From NCBI GenBank assembly GCA_040437565.1, contig JBDOQK010000048.1:248001-278021 (forward strand): 30,021 nt of DNA. Direction: 5' to 3'. Both the position numbers and the translations under genes were made by a program. Numbering within the stretch: position 1 is the first letter of the stretch; each line of letters opens with the position of its first letter. Below are positions 11,893 through 25,059 of this stretch, piece after piece. The stretch comes from Albugo candida. Lineage: Eukaryota. The notes under the pieces are model-generated. The model was not told the DNA's origin and searched no databases. It saw only the letters and a list, made by a program, of their open reading frames with translations.

Positions 11893-13079
11893 AGTCTTTG
11901 TGTGCCACCTTCTGTGCGGCTTTCAATACACGCGCCTTCGTCATGCTTGATATTATTAGGGAAATGATCATAAAGCTAGCTCATTCGTCGAAGTAGTACC
12001 ATATTCAGTATATAGCTGGCACCATAGAATGGTTTGAGTTTAAGCCTGACAATGATGCTGAATCGAGAGCACATGAAAAAATTGGTAATGGAATGATACA
12101 TTGCTTACCACTGAATAAGCGCAGAAAAAAGGAAGGTTACATATGCGCAACTTTCCTTAAAGTGGATTAAAGAATCTTTCCTGATTCTGCTGTATTGCTA
12201 GTCATCAAGCTTGTCGCAAAAGAATTTCACTTTCAATAGCGACATGACACAGTTGGCCATCATACCCTCAACATTCTTTATCACATGTGTACTGCATTGC
12301 TCGCTCATGAGGTAGAAGAGAAAGAATAGTAGACCAGGGCTCTTGCCAATTTACAGGCTCCTTGAGTATCCAGCTTGTGGTATACGGCTTTCCGTATTGC
12401 TCGCATAATTTATGAACATACTAGGCTTGCAATAATCTAAGAAGGGAAATCCAACTATGTCGATCTGGACCTCCCAATCTTCACTATTCTGCGATCCTGA
12501 CGACCTATAGGTCAATACAACAATTTCTGCGAGAGAAACCTTATTATACGCTTACAAAACAAGGTCGGTAAAATTGTGGAATGACACTTGAGCTCGACCA
12601 AATTTTATGTACAATACAATTAAGTCAGAGAGTATTGCTGCTGTGTATTTATTGCTACAGTGTGCTTAGAGATGAGACGTTCAACAAAATTCGCAAAGTA
12701 TGGTATGGAAGACGATCGATACCTCAATGGGCATAAGACTTTCTAAGGACAAGGTCGATTTTGGCCATTCAAAAGCTTCTGATATTGCCGAATTACAGTA
12801 GAATTTACTTTTTTCGACCAGTTTGCATTCAAATGAATGCACTTATGCAACAGATCGTTTTAATCCTCTTTCTTCATATCATTCAAAATTTTCACATACT
12901 CTTTGAATCCGCTTTTGCAAAAAACATCTCCGCCCGGATTCATATGAAACCCTTCCCAAGCATAATTAACATCTGTGCACCTACCGTTCATCCAGCTTAC
13001 AGAAGGAAACACGATTGCAAGATGCTGCATTACACTCAGATATTACATAAGGTCTTAGTTATTTATTGCCTTTTTCCTT

Positions 13080-14145
13080 AGGAAAACTCTTTTGAAAAAC
13101 GAATGTGCTTATAATTTATTTCAGTCAAGGCAAAAATGTCGTTTATGGCCGCTAGATACAAGGCTGTAGTCCATAGTCGTTCCCCGTGGCAACAAAGACT
13201 TTGCTTCTCCTGTAGTAATACACACTATAGAGTGCCTAAAAGAACCGAGATTACGACTGGTCTTGTATGATACTACGATATGATCAAAGGCATCTGACTT
13301 GTGTGAATTAGCGTGCTGATAATACACGAGCAGTAGCTGCTCTACTATTAGGATAAGATCCAAGGTGTCATGTTGAAAACAACGATTCCGGCTTGTGAAC
13401 CTCTTTCCTTGTCTATGTTACTCATGAGAATCTCGAGCCAGTTTACCGGTGAGAGAAATTGAAAAAAACAAATTCTGCATACAGAGGTGATCCCGATAGA
13501 GAAGAACTTTTATCCCCAGGTCAAATGCAGTAAGTACCTGTGGTGATTATGTCACCTAAGCGNNNNNNNNNNNNNNNNNNNNNNNNNNNNNNNNNNNNNN
13601 NNNNNNNNNNNNNNNNNNNNNNNNNNNNNNNNNNNNNNNNNNNNNNNNNNNNNNNNNNNNNNAGGAAAACTCTTTTGAAAAACGAATGTGCTTATAATTT
13701 ATTTCAGTCAAGGCAAAAATGTCGTTTATGGCCGCTAGATACAAGGCTGTAGTCCATAGTCGTTCCCCGTGGCAACAAAGACTTTGCTTCTCCTGTAGTA
13801 ATACACACTATAGAGTGCCTAAAAGAACCGAGATTACGACTGGTCTTGTATGATACTACGATATGATCAAAGGCATCTGACTTGTGTGAATTAGCGTGCT
13901 GATAATACACGAGCAGTAGCTGCTCTACTATTAGGATAAGATCCAAGGTGTCATGTTGAAAACAACGATTCCGGCTTGTGAACCTCTTTCCTTGTCTATG
14001 TTACTCATGAGAATCTCGAGCCAGTTTACCGGTGAGAGAAATTGAAAAAAACAAATTCTGCATACAGAGGTGATCCCGATAGAGAAGAACTTTTATCCCC
14101 AGGTCAAATGCAGTAAGTACCTGTGGTGATTATGTCACCTAAGCG
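13080..14145. other. Gap-flanking exact duplication (483 bp x2 around gap 13563-13662), probable assembly artefact
   Basis: 13080-13562 reads identical to 13663-14145, and both copies end exactly at the gap edges. Confidence 0.9.
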
Positions 14146-15105
14146 CTGAGCAAAGTGCACACAATGTCGCTTACATCTCGGTTGTATAAGGTGCTGCTCG
14201 ATCGTTTGTTTCCAGCTGCATTGAATTGCAGTAACCTAGGCACAAAACCACTCAGATAGCAGATTCAAATTGGTTCGGTCAGCAACTTCATGTGCATGTT
14301 CTCCAAATCAATGAACCTTTACGGTGTAAAACAGGATCTGCTTCTCGTTACATTTGAACACATAAGCGGTAGTGTAGAAAGGCGAGAAAGGATTATTGTA
14401 TGTGTAAATTACACTTCTGTGTCGCGCGAACATTAAGAGTTTGGCGTATGTCCTCGCATCAACTTGCCCGCTTTCCGGCCAATCGCTTTGTCAGTCATGT
14501 AAGAGGATATTATTACACGTCGCTTATACCCGAAGGGCTTATAGTGTTAGGAGGTGAACATATCTCTCAATATGCGTAATAGATTTAGAATAATATTACG
14601 TCGCTTTTATCTGGAATTGTTCGATTATCCAAACGAATGTATTTTGTTTTATTCTTTTTTTACATAAGATAGCATAAAAACATCGCAACGCCGACGCTCC
14701 AAATATCATCAAATCTTGTCAAAATCAACCATAATATCAAGTCTTATAGGTATGCATGCAGTGTATTCATAGCGAACGTTTACGAAAAAAGTTGACTGCG
14801 TCAACAATGCAATCGCACAACTTTGCCGCACAAGTGGGGGCTTTCACCTAAACCTTCGATTTAATTGTGAATGTAATCACTCGGTAGACTTTCCCGGTAA
14901 TTAGATATGCAGCTGCCAAAAATTTCCTATCCCACTCTTGCATTATATTATGTAGCGGAGACGGTAATGTTGCCATTCATTTTTGAATTTACCAGCTAAG
15001 ACAATGATGGTTGTGCAAGTATAGGCTTTATCTTTTTGGCATTCCACTGTTCAAATGCGGACGACATCCCTCTCATGCTGAGGAGTAGATGATACCGACC
15101 CGGCT

Positions 15106-15756
15106 ATGATTATGATGATGGTAGTACAGACAAAAAATTTGCCTGGAAAACATACATCAGATACTCTATCCAACTCACATACCAGAAACGAACACGCAAT
15201 CAAGGTAATAAAATTTTGGCATTCAAGGGGAGAAGCGAACTACGACAACATATTGTTCAATCCTGCACTGCTTAAGGCTGGCTTTGATTCCAACGAAGTT
15301 CGAATTGTCGTTCTCAAATGGGATCATGGCGACACAGAGCCAAGAATGCATGTCACCACTTAAAAGTGGCCTATTCGTGTGCAAACTTTTTATGATGATA
15401 TTAATCCCATGGGTGGCACTCACCTCGGTCCAATCTTTGTCTCCGTCGAAGTACAAAAGAGTACTCATTTCAGAAGGCTGTCTGGTCAACATGCTGTTGA
15501 AGAAAGTGTCACATCCCATTATGCATATGCCCACAGCCAAGTTCCCCCTTGGGCGTATAACCTTTTAATTGAGGCGTTTATAAAACAAGTAAACAGACAG
15601 CCGACTGAATCATTCGATTGTTCTGTGGTTCCTAAGTTGAAGCTTCCCGTATTCGAATTCCATTTTCTGACGCCGGGTTGGAATTTAAACTATCTCTTAT
15701 GCATTATATTATGCAAAGCGCCATCACAAGAGGATCTGGTGTATTATGGGATTTAA
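15106..15756 (+). pseudogene. Unknown ~216-codon reading frame with one internal stop
   Basis: ORFs 15106-15363 and 15379-15756 are in the same frame (offset 273). Composition is protein-like and it is followed by an AT-rich tract. Confidence 0.4.
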
Positions 15757-18700
15757 GAAAAACACAACCTTATGAGATTTATGATAAATTAGATTTTGAT
15801 ATAGATTCAGCAGCTGCGACTGTTAATATTATTAATGAAAAAATTTGACCAACTATATCATCTAAAAAAACAGAAAAATATAAAAATTTTAAATGAATAG
15901 ATAATAACACTAATTCAATAGACATTAAAATAATTATTATATTTTGCCGGTTTNNNNNNNNNNNNNNNNNNNNNNNNNNNNNNNNNNNNNNNNNNNNNNN
16001 NNNNNNNNNNNNNNNNNNNNNNNNNNNNNNNNNNNNNNNNNNNNNNNNNNNNNTAACATTATACCAGCTAATGAACCAAATCCGTAAAAATAATTTAAAT
16101 TAACTGGAGTAGGATAATCGATAATATGATTACTTACTGAGCCCTTCTAGATCATTGGCGCTGCAACTATCAATGCTCATGGAATCGTCTTCAAGAAAGA
16201 AGACGACAAATACCTGTTTGGCTTCTCTTTGAGTTCTGAACCATCAGAATTGATATAAATTTAATTCATCCAATTTCTTTAAGCATTCTTATAAAAGCAA
16301 TAAGATCCAATACTCGTGCAGCCACTCTATGGTGCAGATATAGGATTTTGATATATGCACGCTAAGACGTGACACTAAATCAGTAATGCCACATACTACT
16401 TCCAACATTACGTCGCCGATCGACTAATCTTTTTCATCCAACACCGTATACGTTTGGTATGTATCCAGCACTTGCTTCCTAAAATTGGCTCATCCTCTCA
16501 TAGGAAAAGTCAACCGGATTGTACAAATGCGCGCAGGTCTCTATATTATCCACGTTAACTCCTGATGTGGAATTAACCTGAAATTCACCTATCCTATCAG
16601 GTACGTTGTCTAAGGATCAATAAGTTGCAGCTCGAGTGGATGTAGCATCCATCCAATACAAAGATCGGATCTACTGTGGATTTCTTCGAACTGGTGCTGA
16701 CCAATACATATCTTTACAAACGTTTTGTACTTGTACGCCATATACCACAGCTTGCAGTGATCAGTCTAATGGCTTGACATATTCTTCAATTACGGTATGG
16801 CAAGGAATCAAGCGCATCAGCTCACTATAAATCGGAAGCATTTTTATCCTCGTTCATCACAGAGCGACTCGGACTGGAATGCGTAAGTTAGATACCGGTT
16901 CATATTACGAGCATGAAAAAGATGAGGTAAGTCTTGACAAGGTATTAGAAAAAAATTCAGACCTGAATCCGAGATCAATATAGCCATGCGTAGTGTGGGT
17001 AGTGGGAATGATTGCATTGAGAGTTGGAAGAATGGAAAGTACTCTGACTTCCCCGGTCCCGAGTCCTAGCGGGAAATAAAACTCCAGCGATGGACTTCAA
17101 AAAATACGATTCTTCATAAACTCGGCAGAGTAAATGATGTGAGCTCAGGTGCTCAAGTTATAGAAGTGCTATCGTTTACAACGTCTGTTCTGCTCTTCCA
17201 TAATCACATTTATTACTCGCCGTAAAAAAGGTTTGTTTGAGCCCCCACAAGCGTAATCTCCGGAAATGACTGCCTCCCCACATATATATAGTGCCTAGGT
17301 GTAATTCACAAGAGCAAAACCCAATGAGAGGATAAGGTAGTTATTGAATGAGCACATGCACAGTTCAATTTAATCCTTGTCCACCTTATTGAAAGCCACT
17401 TGCCTATTTCTCTACCGGTGTCTTGAAGCTGCATTTTTTCCCATTTTCAAGTGCATTCAGACGCTTCAGTTCAGTATCATTTAGCGTGAGTGCTTTTGAA
17501 TTCGAAAGTGAACAAGTAACTATCTGATCCTTCTAATGTGCCAAATCTTTGTAAGTGTCTCATTTACAACACAATGACTAGGCATCAAAGCTTGAAATAA
17601 ATGCTGTTTCCCATAAGCGCCATCGAATGCGATGACGCCGTTGTTACATCAAATAGTGTGCTGCTATGCATGAAGACCTATCTCGTCACCGATTTCTCGT
17701 TTCGCCGAGATAACGAATGGGCAGAAAGCAGTGTCGGATACAAGGACCATTTTGATGGCTCGATTGCAATACCAGATCCTTCGGTACAACATGGCCTGTT
17801 CAAAAACTTGGCATTACAGGGGATTATGACCACTGGGAGTGACGCATTCTGGATAGATGAAGCGTTTGATCTCTTTCAAGTTGCCTTCTGAATCGTTTCT
17901 CACTAGTCCAAGTAAGCATCTGTTTCACTTCGGCTCTATATGATAGGTATGGAAGGCTCCAACACCCACTGGATCATTCACTCTAAAATTGAGATGAAAG
18001 GTGAGAACAATGCGAAGGTTTTTATGTATGAGCTTCCTCAAATAAATTCCAGAGATCAGTTTACTCGAAGGATGAGTAAATAATGACGATATTTGATTTT
18101 TATTTTTGTAAAAAAATTAATAAAAACAGAAAATATACCTTTTTATCCTTTTTTTTAGTATTCCGAAACGGAATCACGATTAGCTCAACTTCAAGGTGAA
18201 CCTGTGTCCGTAACGAGTTTTCTCGCTCGTCGTAGCCCTTCTGCTGAGCTAGCCGCATGGCAGTGAGACGTACCTTGAATGTTATGACGAAATGCTTTAG
18301 TTCATGGGTTTAATATTCATCATGAATGCCATTAGGTATCTTGTATTGAGTGACACATTATTGGCATTCTTTCTTCCTCCCTACTTTCTCTAGATCTAAT
18401 TAATAATGAAGTATTCTAGTTAATGCCATCGCTGCCGTAGTCCTTGTTATTCATATGGTAACGAATATTCAGCATGCTGATTCTTGAGAAAACGCTACCA
18501 TATCTAGCACAACTGATTCAAAATATCCTGAATTTATGGTGGTATCCATGTTTTTACATGCGCAACTATCCGGAGTACATGCGATCCAGAGGATTCCTAA
18601 AGGAGCAATAGTGACGGTGAGCTTACCGTACAGTCTTTGGCGTAGGCGTTGAAAAGGAGCGGAACAACATACTCCGCTCCCTTCAAAAACTAGGGTGTCA

Positions 18701-18940
18701 GGTGGTGTATGATACCTTTCGCGAGACGGTCGCCACTAAAGAAGTGGTAATGTCGACTCGGAGAGTCTACTTTGGCTGTTCGACGTGTCCCCAACAACTG
18801 GTTAGAGTTGGTAAAGTGATTGAACAAATCGCTTACGACANNNNNNNNNNNNNNNNNNNNNNNNNNNNNNNNNNNNNNNNNNNNNNNNNNNNNNNNNNNN
18901 NNNNNNNNNNNNNNNNNNNNNNNNNNNNNNNNNNNNNNNN

Positions 18941-19079
18941 GGGGCCCCTCGGCGGAGGCAAAGATTCCTCCACGTAAATATCAACCTACTCAATGAAGAT
19001 ATGGACGTGTCAAGACCGCTGGCAACTACACCAGAAAATAACTGTACAGGAGTTGGACCGGGCTCTTCAGAGCGTTACA
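18941..19079. repeat. Probable LTR terminus next to an assembly gap
   Basis: Ends ...GCGTTACA (reverse complement TGTAACGC) and abuts a gap. No TSD or partner found. Confidence 0.3.
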
Positions 19080-19339
19080 TACTAGTGATTAGAATAGAGT
19101 AGATAACCACCAAACTGTAGTAACAGAAAGGTGTCTAAATAAAAGTACTACGGGCGAACACCCTTAACTGAGCTAGACAGGCCACTTCGCATTGCGGTAG
19201 CTAGCCTCAGCCACTATAATCCGAGACTGTATGGAGCCTAGTAAAAATGTGGTTCTATAAAAATATCGTATTTTTCGACATTGAGATGCGCCACACTAGA
19301 CTCAACGTAGCCATCTACTAGGACTAGGATCGGGTTGCA

Positions 19340-20699
19340 CACTATGCATTTCGACTTGCCGTACCCGCAGCAATCATTTCCGACTTCTGAAAATCCATGG
19401 AATTATCCTTTCTTTGCAGCTGATCCAGCACCTTCGCAAGACGAGTGCGTTCGTCCTGATCAAAATTCTGTCTTCGAAAATACTGAATGTACTCATTAAA
19501 CGTGCTGTAGCTCACGGAAAGTGCTCGAATTATCGGAGTTTCTGATCGCTGGTCGAATAAACGACGATTCGTATCTTTCTAGAGAAAGCGCAGCTTCACC
19601 TCTTAAATGAAGTCCATAAATCGGATCTAATTTGCTGGTAGTTTTTCCACGCCGGCCGTATTGCTGTTAATATTGCACATGCAATATGCGTCCACCATGG
19701 ACGGGAGGAGCAAAAATGATCCCAAATAGGGAGTAGCTCCTACCATAATTGCGCTGTGTGATCGCACTCGGGAAATAGATTTTGATCGAATCTCATTGAG
19801 CCAAATGATGGATGAGTGCACAGCATTATATCGGGCCGAAAATCTCTGAAAAACCACAAACTAGATCGAACTGGCAACACCCGAAAGTCCAAAAAATAAA
19901 ATATAAATCTTTAAAACCGGACGACACGCTTCCATAGTGGCATCCAAATCTCTTCCGAAATGACCAATCTGACGAGAGCGGATGAGAGTTAAGATTGTGG
20001 AATAGATGGGAAGAAAGGCACCTTATCCTTCCTTTATACTCCTACCAAAAAACGTTTCACGGCGTTAGGATCAAAGTGATGATACCTATCATCGAGTGGA
20101 TACGCTGTAGTATTTGAGTGACTTCATTGTAAAGTCGACCAGCAACTTTTTTTAGCCATATCCGATGTATAAAGCTCGCCACCGTTGTGATAAATGTCGA
20201 CGAAATCTTCCTTCGTTGGCCATGTGTCGCTTACTCGAAAAAAGTCTTGAAGACTTCAAATCTCGAGAGCTGTAGCAAACGATCTCCGACATTTGCGATG
20301 TGCTTAATACACCATGCCAAGATCGTACGAAAAGTTTTGCATGTTCGGATCACGAGTAGCAGCTTCATATTGTAATTCTTGGTCGCTGTGGAACCACAGT
20401 GGTTGTTCCACGTAGTACTGACGGCGTTGAAGAACATTCAAAGCAAAATTCTAGTGCTCCATTCCATCTGATGCCACATTTGAAATGCATGTCGCCACTA
20501 AGAGGATGTGCGCTCCCATGGTTCATTTTCCCATGTCGATCTAGTGCGATGGTGAATATATCCATCGGCTTGTGTGGTCCAAAGAAAGGTTGGATAAGTT
20601 GCAATAATTCCGTCGAAGCAGTTGTCCAATTCGCAGGAATAATTGTTGACGCATCGGATGCGAACTGCTGAAGTAATTGAATACGTTGTAGCTTTAGTC
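19340..20699 (-). pseudogene. Probable decayed coding region, product unknown
   Basis: Chain of overlapping minus-strand fragments (20699-20365, 20437-20231, 19857-19627) plus a protein-like continuation (FNEYIQYFRRQNFDQDERTRLAKVLDQL). No diagnostic motif. Confidence 0.35.
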
Positions 20700-20799
20700 N
20701 NNNNNNNNNNNNNNNNNNNNNNNNNNNNNNNNNNNNNNNNNNNNNNNNNNNNNNNNNNNNNNNNNNNNNNNNNNNNNNNNNNNNNNNNNNNNNNNNNNN

Positions 20800-20908
20800 G
20801 GGGGTGGGGGTACTTTCCACGTCATCACACAGGGGTGATGACTCATCAACAAACATGCAATCACCTAAAACAGGGTGACTCATGAGGGTTGCCACGTCAC
20901 GCACTACA
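20800..20908. repeat. Probable LTR terminus next to an assembly gap
   Basis: Ends ...GCACTACA (reverse complement TGTAGTGC), an LTR-like terminus, and abuts a gap as collapsed repeats tend to. The other end is not visible. Confidence 0.4.
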
Positions 20909-21279
20909 AGTGGACGCTAGCACCCTGGGTTGTGTCGATATGTCGACTTGAACATAGCGACCCTCTGTGGTCACATCTCTGTCAACCTATTGTATGATCG
21001 TTCAACTCGTACTCATGGTCTAGAAACGTTTATCGGTAGGGTGGAGCACGCATGCTCACTGTGACGAAGTGGTTATCTCAGACAATCAGGCACCACTTCC
21101 TATGCATCCTCAGACAAGCACCATGCCAACAACGTCGATATGATTTTCTTGCGGCCTCGCCAGACATCCTCCTTGGTGTTTTGTAGCGCTCCTTATCCTA
21201 TCTCTCAAATTCAAGAAAATATATCGTTGGTGGTTTGAGTACAGCTGAATTTTGGAAGTGGAATTGGCGCTTATTTACC

Positions 21280-21735
21280 AGTATAGAGAGATGAAATAAT
21301 GAAATCCAGCTTTTGGTGGGTAGAAGCTATTATGGAGATGCGGATATGCAAAAGCTTTCATAAAGATCAAGGATCCGACGAGGTCCGATTCTGTTGACAT
21401 TCAATATCGCACGAGTATGGCGATGACGATAGGATGGAGTTTGAACATGCTCATTGCNNNNNNNNNNNNNNNNNNNNNNNNNNNNNNNNNNNNNNNNNNN
21501 NNNNNNNNNNNNNNNNNNNNNNNNNNNNNNNNNNNNNNNNNNNNNNNNNNNNNNNNNAGTATAGAGAGATGAAATAATGAAATCCAGCTTTTGGTGGGTA
21601 GAAGCTATTATGGAGATGCGGATATGCAAAAGCCTTCATAAAGATCAAGGATCCGACGAGGCCCGATTCTGTTGACATTCAATATCGCACGAGTATCGCG
21701 ATGACGATAGGATGGAGTTTGAACATGCTCATTGC
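21280..21735. other. Gap-flanking near-exact duplication (178 bp x2 around gap 21458-21557)
   Basis: 21280-21457 and 21558-21735 differ at 3 positions. Confidence 0.85.
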
Positions 21736-24476
21736 AACAGTAGCAATATGAGCCTCAACGATAGGAACAACACTAATTCACTGGAGGATTCGATCATAAA
21801 GGATGTCTCGAATAGAAATAACGAAGCATGCAAGAGATTTCGTATCATACTTTGAATCGTAAAAATATGCCTCGTCCATGATCAACTGCAAGAGATGCAC
21901 GGAAATGCTCGTGCTGACCATTGCATGACCTCAAAGAGTCATGGGTACTAGCGCTAGACAGAAACGCGCATTCGCAACCGTACACACTGCCCATTCATCT
22001 CATCATGTGCAAATGTAGTGCGTAACAGTACTGTCGCAAGCATTCATTCCGTACGCAATCATACGAGTGATATTACGATGAAGCATGCACTGGCCAATAG
22101 ATGCATACAACATCCACTTCCAAAAAGATTTGTTGATGCACATCTCTCGCTGCTGACTATCTGATTCATGCAGCGCTCGAGGATCAGTGGCTACCTCTCG
22201 AATTGCATTTCCTGGTTGAATTTAATGTCATAATGAGCAATGCAGTGAACAAGACATCATATAACGCTTACCATAAGAGCGCCAAATAGTTTTGCGTCTT
22301 CCAACATCAGTTTTCATAAATGTCCTTGAAGCTGATTCTTCCTATATCACCCTTCTCAATTTTGTAACAAGATGTCCGTAGCAACCTGCTGTCATATTTA
22401 CTGATTGTCGCTCTCTCAATTGATCAACATCTCTCAGTATCCACCGGTACTTTACCAATGCGCCGTCAGTACTGTCTTTCCCATAGACAACCCTNNNNNN
22501 NNNNNNNNNNNNNNNNNNNNNNNNNNNNNNNNNNNNNNNNNNNNNNNNNNNNNNNNNNNNNNNNNNNNNNNNNNNNNNNNNNNNNNNNNNNNNNAACTAG
22601 GACTGCTGTTTCGTGTTGATACTAGACAAATCTGAACATAATCAGCGACGTAAAATAGTCGATTTGATATATGCCAGAATCTATTGATTGCCCCTCATCG
22701 CTTCATTGGGCTGCGATAGTTCAAGATGGGATGACTTCTTGTCAACGTGAGAAACTCGAAGAAGGTCGCGAAATGTAGTTCTTGCAAATCGTCTCTAATT
22801 GCACTCTTTTGCTATTAATTTCATTTCATGGAACACGAAGCGATAACACATTTTTTATTCGTTTGAGGTCAATACAGTGATTTATTCGGTGATTTATGTT
22901 TCTAAATCGTGAGATGGTTCATTTTTATGGACAGCAATGGATGCAAATGCTATAAATCATATATAATTAATGCAAGTGAGATAGAGTCTGTGTGAGCATT
23001 TACAATGCTTGCAGTCATTTCTTGATAAAGAGGCTAGTCCCCACGAGAAGAGACATTTGATTTCATCCTTTGAGCCAAGCTTTCTGAAGTATTCAAATTC
23101 AGCATAGCTCATGTAAGTAGATGCAGTGCTTACTTCACTTTATGCAAGTTCAAATAAATGTCGTCTGCCCTTGTACCGCATCATAAGCGCTCTACACATT
23201 TCTCATAAAGATCTCATCGAGCGCCAATAGAATTATCCGATACCGCTGGTGGAATTGTGCATTGATGACATTCAATGCTTAGATGAGACACTCAACTGCG
23301 ACGAAAAACGTCCTACGTGTTACTAGAGTCACTGTCAGCAATAGATATTGAAGAAGCTATTCGCTCCTTCAATGAATTTCGAAAAGGTTGTACCATTTGC
23401 TTATGTGACTTTCGTACATGTAAATATACATTCTTACTTAGAAGCACCGATTAGAAAGCGAAACAAATTTTAATCGCCATTGAATTATTTGCAGATCTTT
23501 ACTACTTCTGCCGCCGAATAGTCGATAAATAACCGCTTCACGAAAATAAGAATATGCTCGGCGTGCATGCTTTATTGTAATGTTCAATCATAAAATCAGA
23601 GCCGTCGTGGAGCGAGTGTTCGTACTCTACGCGCCGTCCTGCCTGGAACTGATGCCCTAGCTACATTTTTGCCACCAAAGCATCATAACGAGAATAGACC
23701 GGGTAGAACTTTGGAATACAAGCACTGGTCGTATTTTGGAAGATCAAGTGAGAAAAGAAACTGGGAGCACACTACGACGACCATCTTAGGGGAGTGATTT
23801 TAAAGAAAAAGCACGTGAAGCTTGATTGATAGAATACGTCTTGCATAGTACTATGGATCTTTGTAGGACTCTATCGGACATGACACTCCATGCTCTGAAT
23901 ATGAGGCTGCGCAAAGCGAAAAAGATTATCATCAACGTTCTTCTCTTAATTCGTCATTATTGGATCACAGATGAGAAGACACGATACGGTTGCTCCTCAT
24001 AGGCCGATTTATGATAAAAAGGGGCGCGGTGTTCACTATTTCATATGACTACGATTCTTTTGACAAAAAACGTCATAGATAATCGTACGATCTTCGCTAC
24101 TACTACCAAGACACCATGTGAATCGGATATCACATGCTTCAATCGTCTAGGCAATGTGTATCATATACCTCTGGGGAAAACAGCGGCTGCAGGCTACAAT
24201 CCTCTCGTAAGCCGATCGCGATTGGAGTCGAGTGAATATAGTCGAATTGTCACATGTATTCTATGCTGGTATAATCATGACAAATAGATATTGCCTTTCC
24301 TGCTCATCGCTTGTTCACTCATTTCTATGATAAAAAGCTTTTCTATTTTACAACTCCTGTAGTGTAGTATCAGTGAGAAGAGATGCATCAGGCTGACTTC
24401 TGGTTGTCGGCATTTCGAAAGACTGTAGTGGAACAAGTAAGTCGTCCATTAGTCGTGGCAAAATACTCGTAAAGAT

Positions 24477-25059
24477 CTAGATGGAAACCCATCTCATATG
24501 CGGGGGACGTGATAGTGTCTCGTGTGGTATAATCGGCTCATTTAAGAAAATTAGGCTGAGCAGGATATCCACTATAATGGGTAATTGATCAGGATGAGTA
24601 AACCTCCACGCTCTCAAATAGAAGAAACGATGGAGTGGTATCGCTGGGGGTAGATTATTATTTGAGCAAGCAAGAATGTTTTTCCAGTAAATCACTTGTC
24701 CTTCGTGTCCCCAAAGTTCTGTGTGGATATCATATATTTATTTTAGCACATGAATAGGTGAAGATGGAGGTACTATCAAGGAGGGACGGAAGAAATGCTT
24801 CCCATTCAAAAGCATCGCTGCTGTAAATAAGAAACTGCGGCAAATTGCGCACAGATCAAAAATAGAAGGTTGATTCTGCTGTCGCTGTCCTATTCTCCAG
24901 CTCCGTTCCCATCCTGTAGAAAGTCAATTGTGAGTCCACCTCATTGATTTCATTACTGAGATTTCTCGGATCAAGTGCTAGAAGTGGTACATTCTCAATG
25001 ACGCTGACTTCGATCATGATCTCGGGATCATCAGAGTTTGCTACTTTGGATATATCCAA
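24477..25059 (-). pseudogene. Unknown disrupted gene (one stop, one frameshift)
   Basis: ORF 25059-24856 reads through TGA into SVRNLPQFLIYSSDAFEWEAFLPSLLDS. It then shifts frame into ELWGHEGQVIYWKNILACS...HRFFYLRAWRF (ORF 24695-24477). Confidence 0.45.

Noticed and set aside
13080-14145. Two identical 80-aa ORFs (13121-13363, 13704-13946) suggesting a tandem gene pair
   Set aside because: Exact duplication bounded by a gap; most likely an assembly artefact.
17040-17132. TACTCTG...CAGAGTA inverted ends suggesting a tiny TA-flanked MITE
   Set aside because: A 7-bp inverted match is frequent by chance, and no second copy was seen.
19116-19218. TGTAGT...ACTATA segment resembling a short solo LTR
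   Set aside because: No TSD, very short, no partner.
15345-20500. LSGDMH appears in two minus-strand ORFs (near 15350 and 20490), resembling a PhoD or metallophosphoesterase motif
   Set aside because: Only a 16/18-nt match without colinear flanks, which is expected by chance in a 30 kb self-comparison. No other catalytic motifs.
20310-21135. Repeated T.LAWC peptide (20310-20326 and 21119-21135)
   Set aside because: A 15/17-nt match with no extension is within chance expectation.
4176-22635. ORFs containing runs of X
   Set aside because: Created by translating through 100-N gaps (4271-4370, 9097-9196, 13563-13662, 18841-18940, 20700-20799, 21458-21557, 22495-22594).
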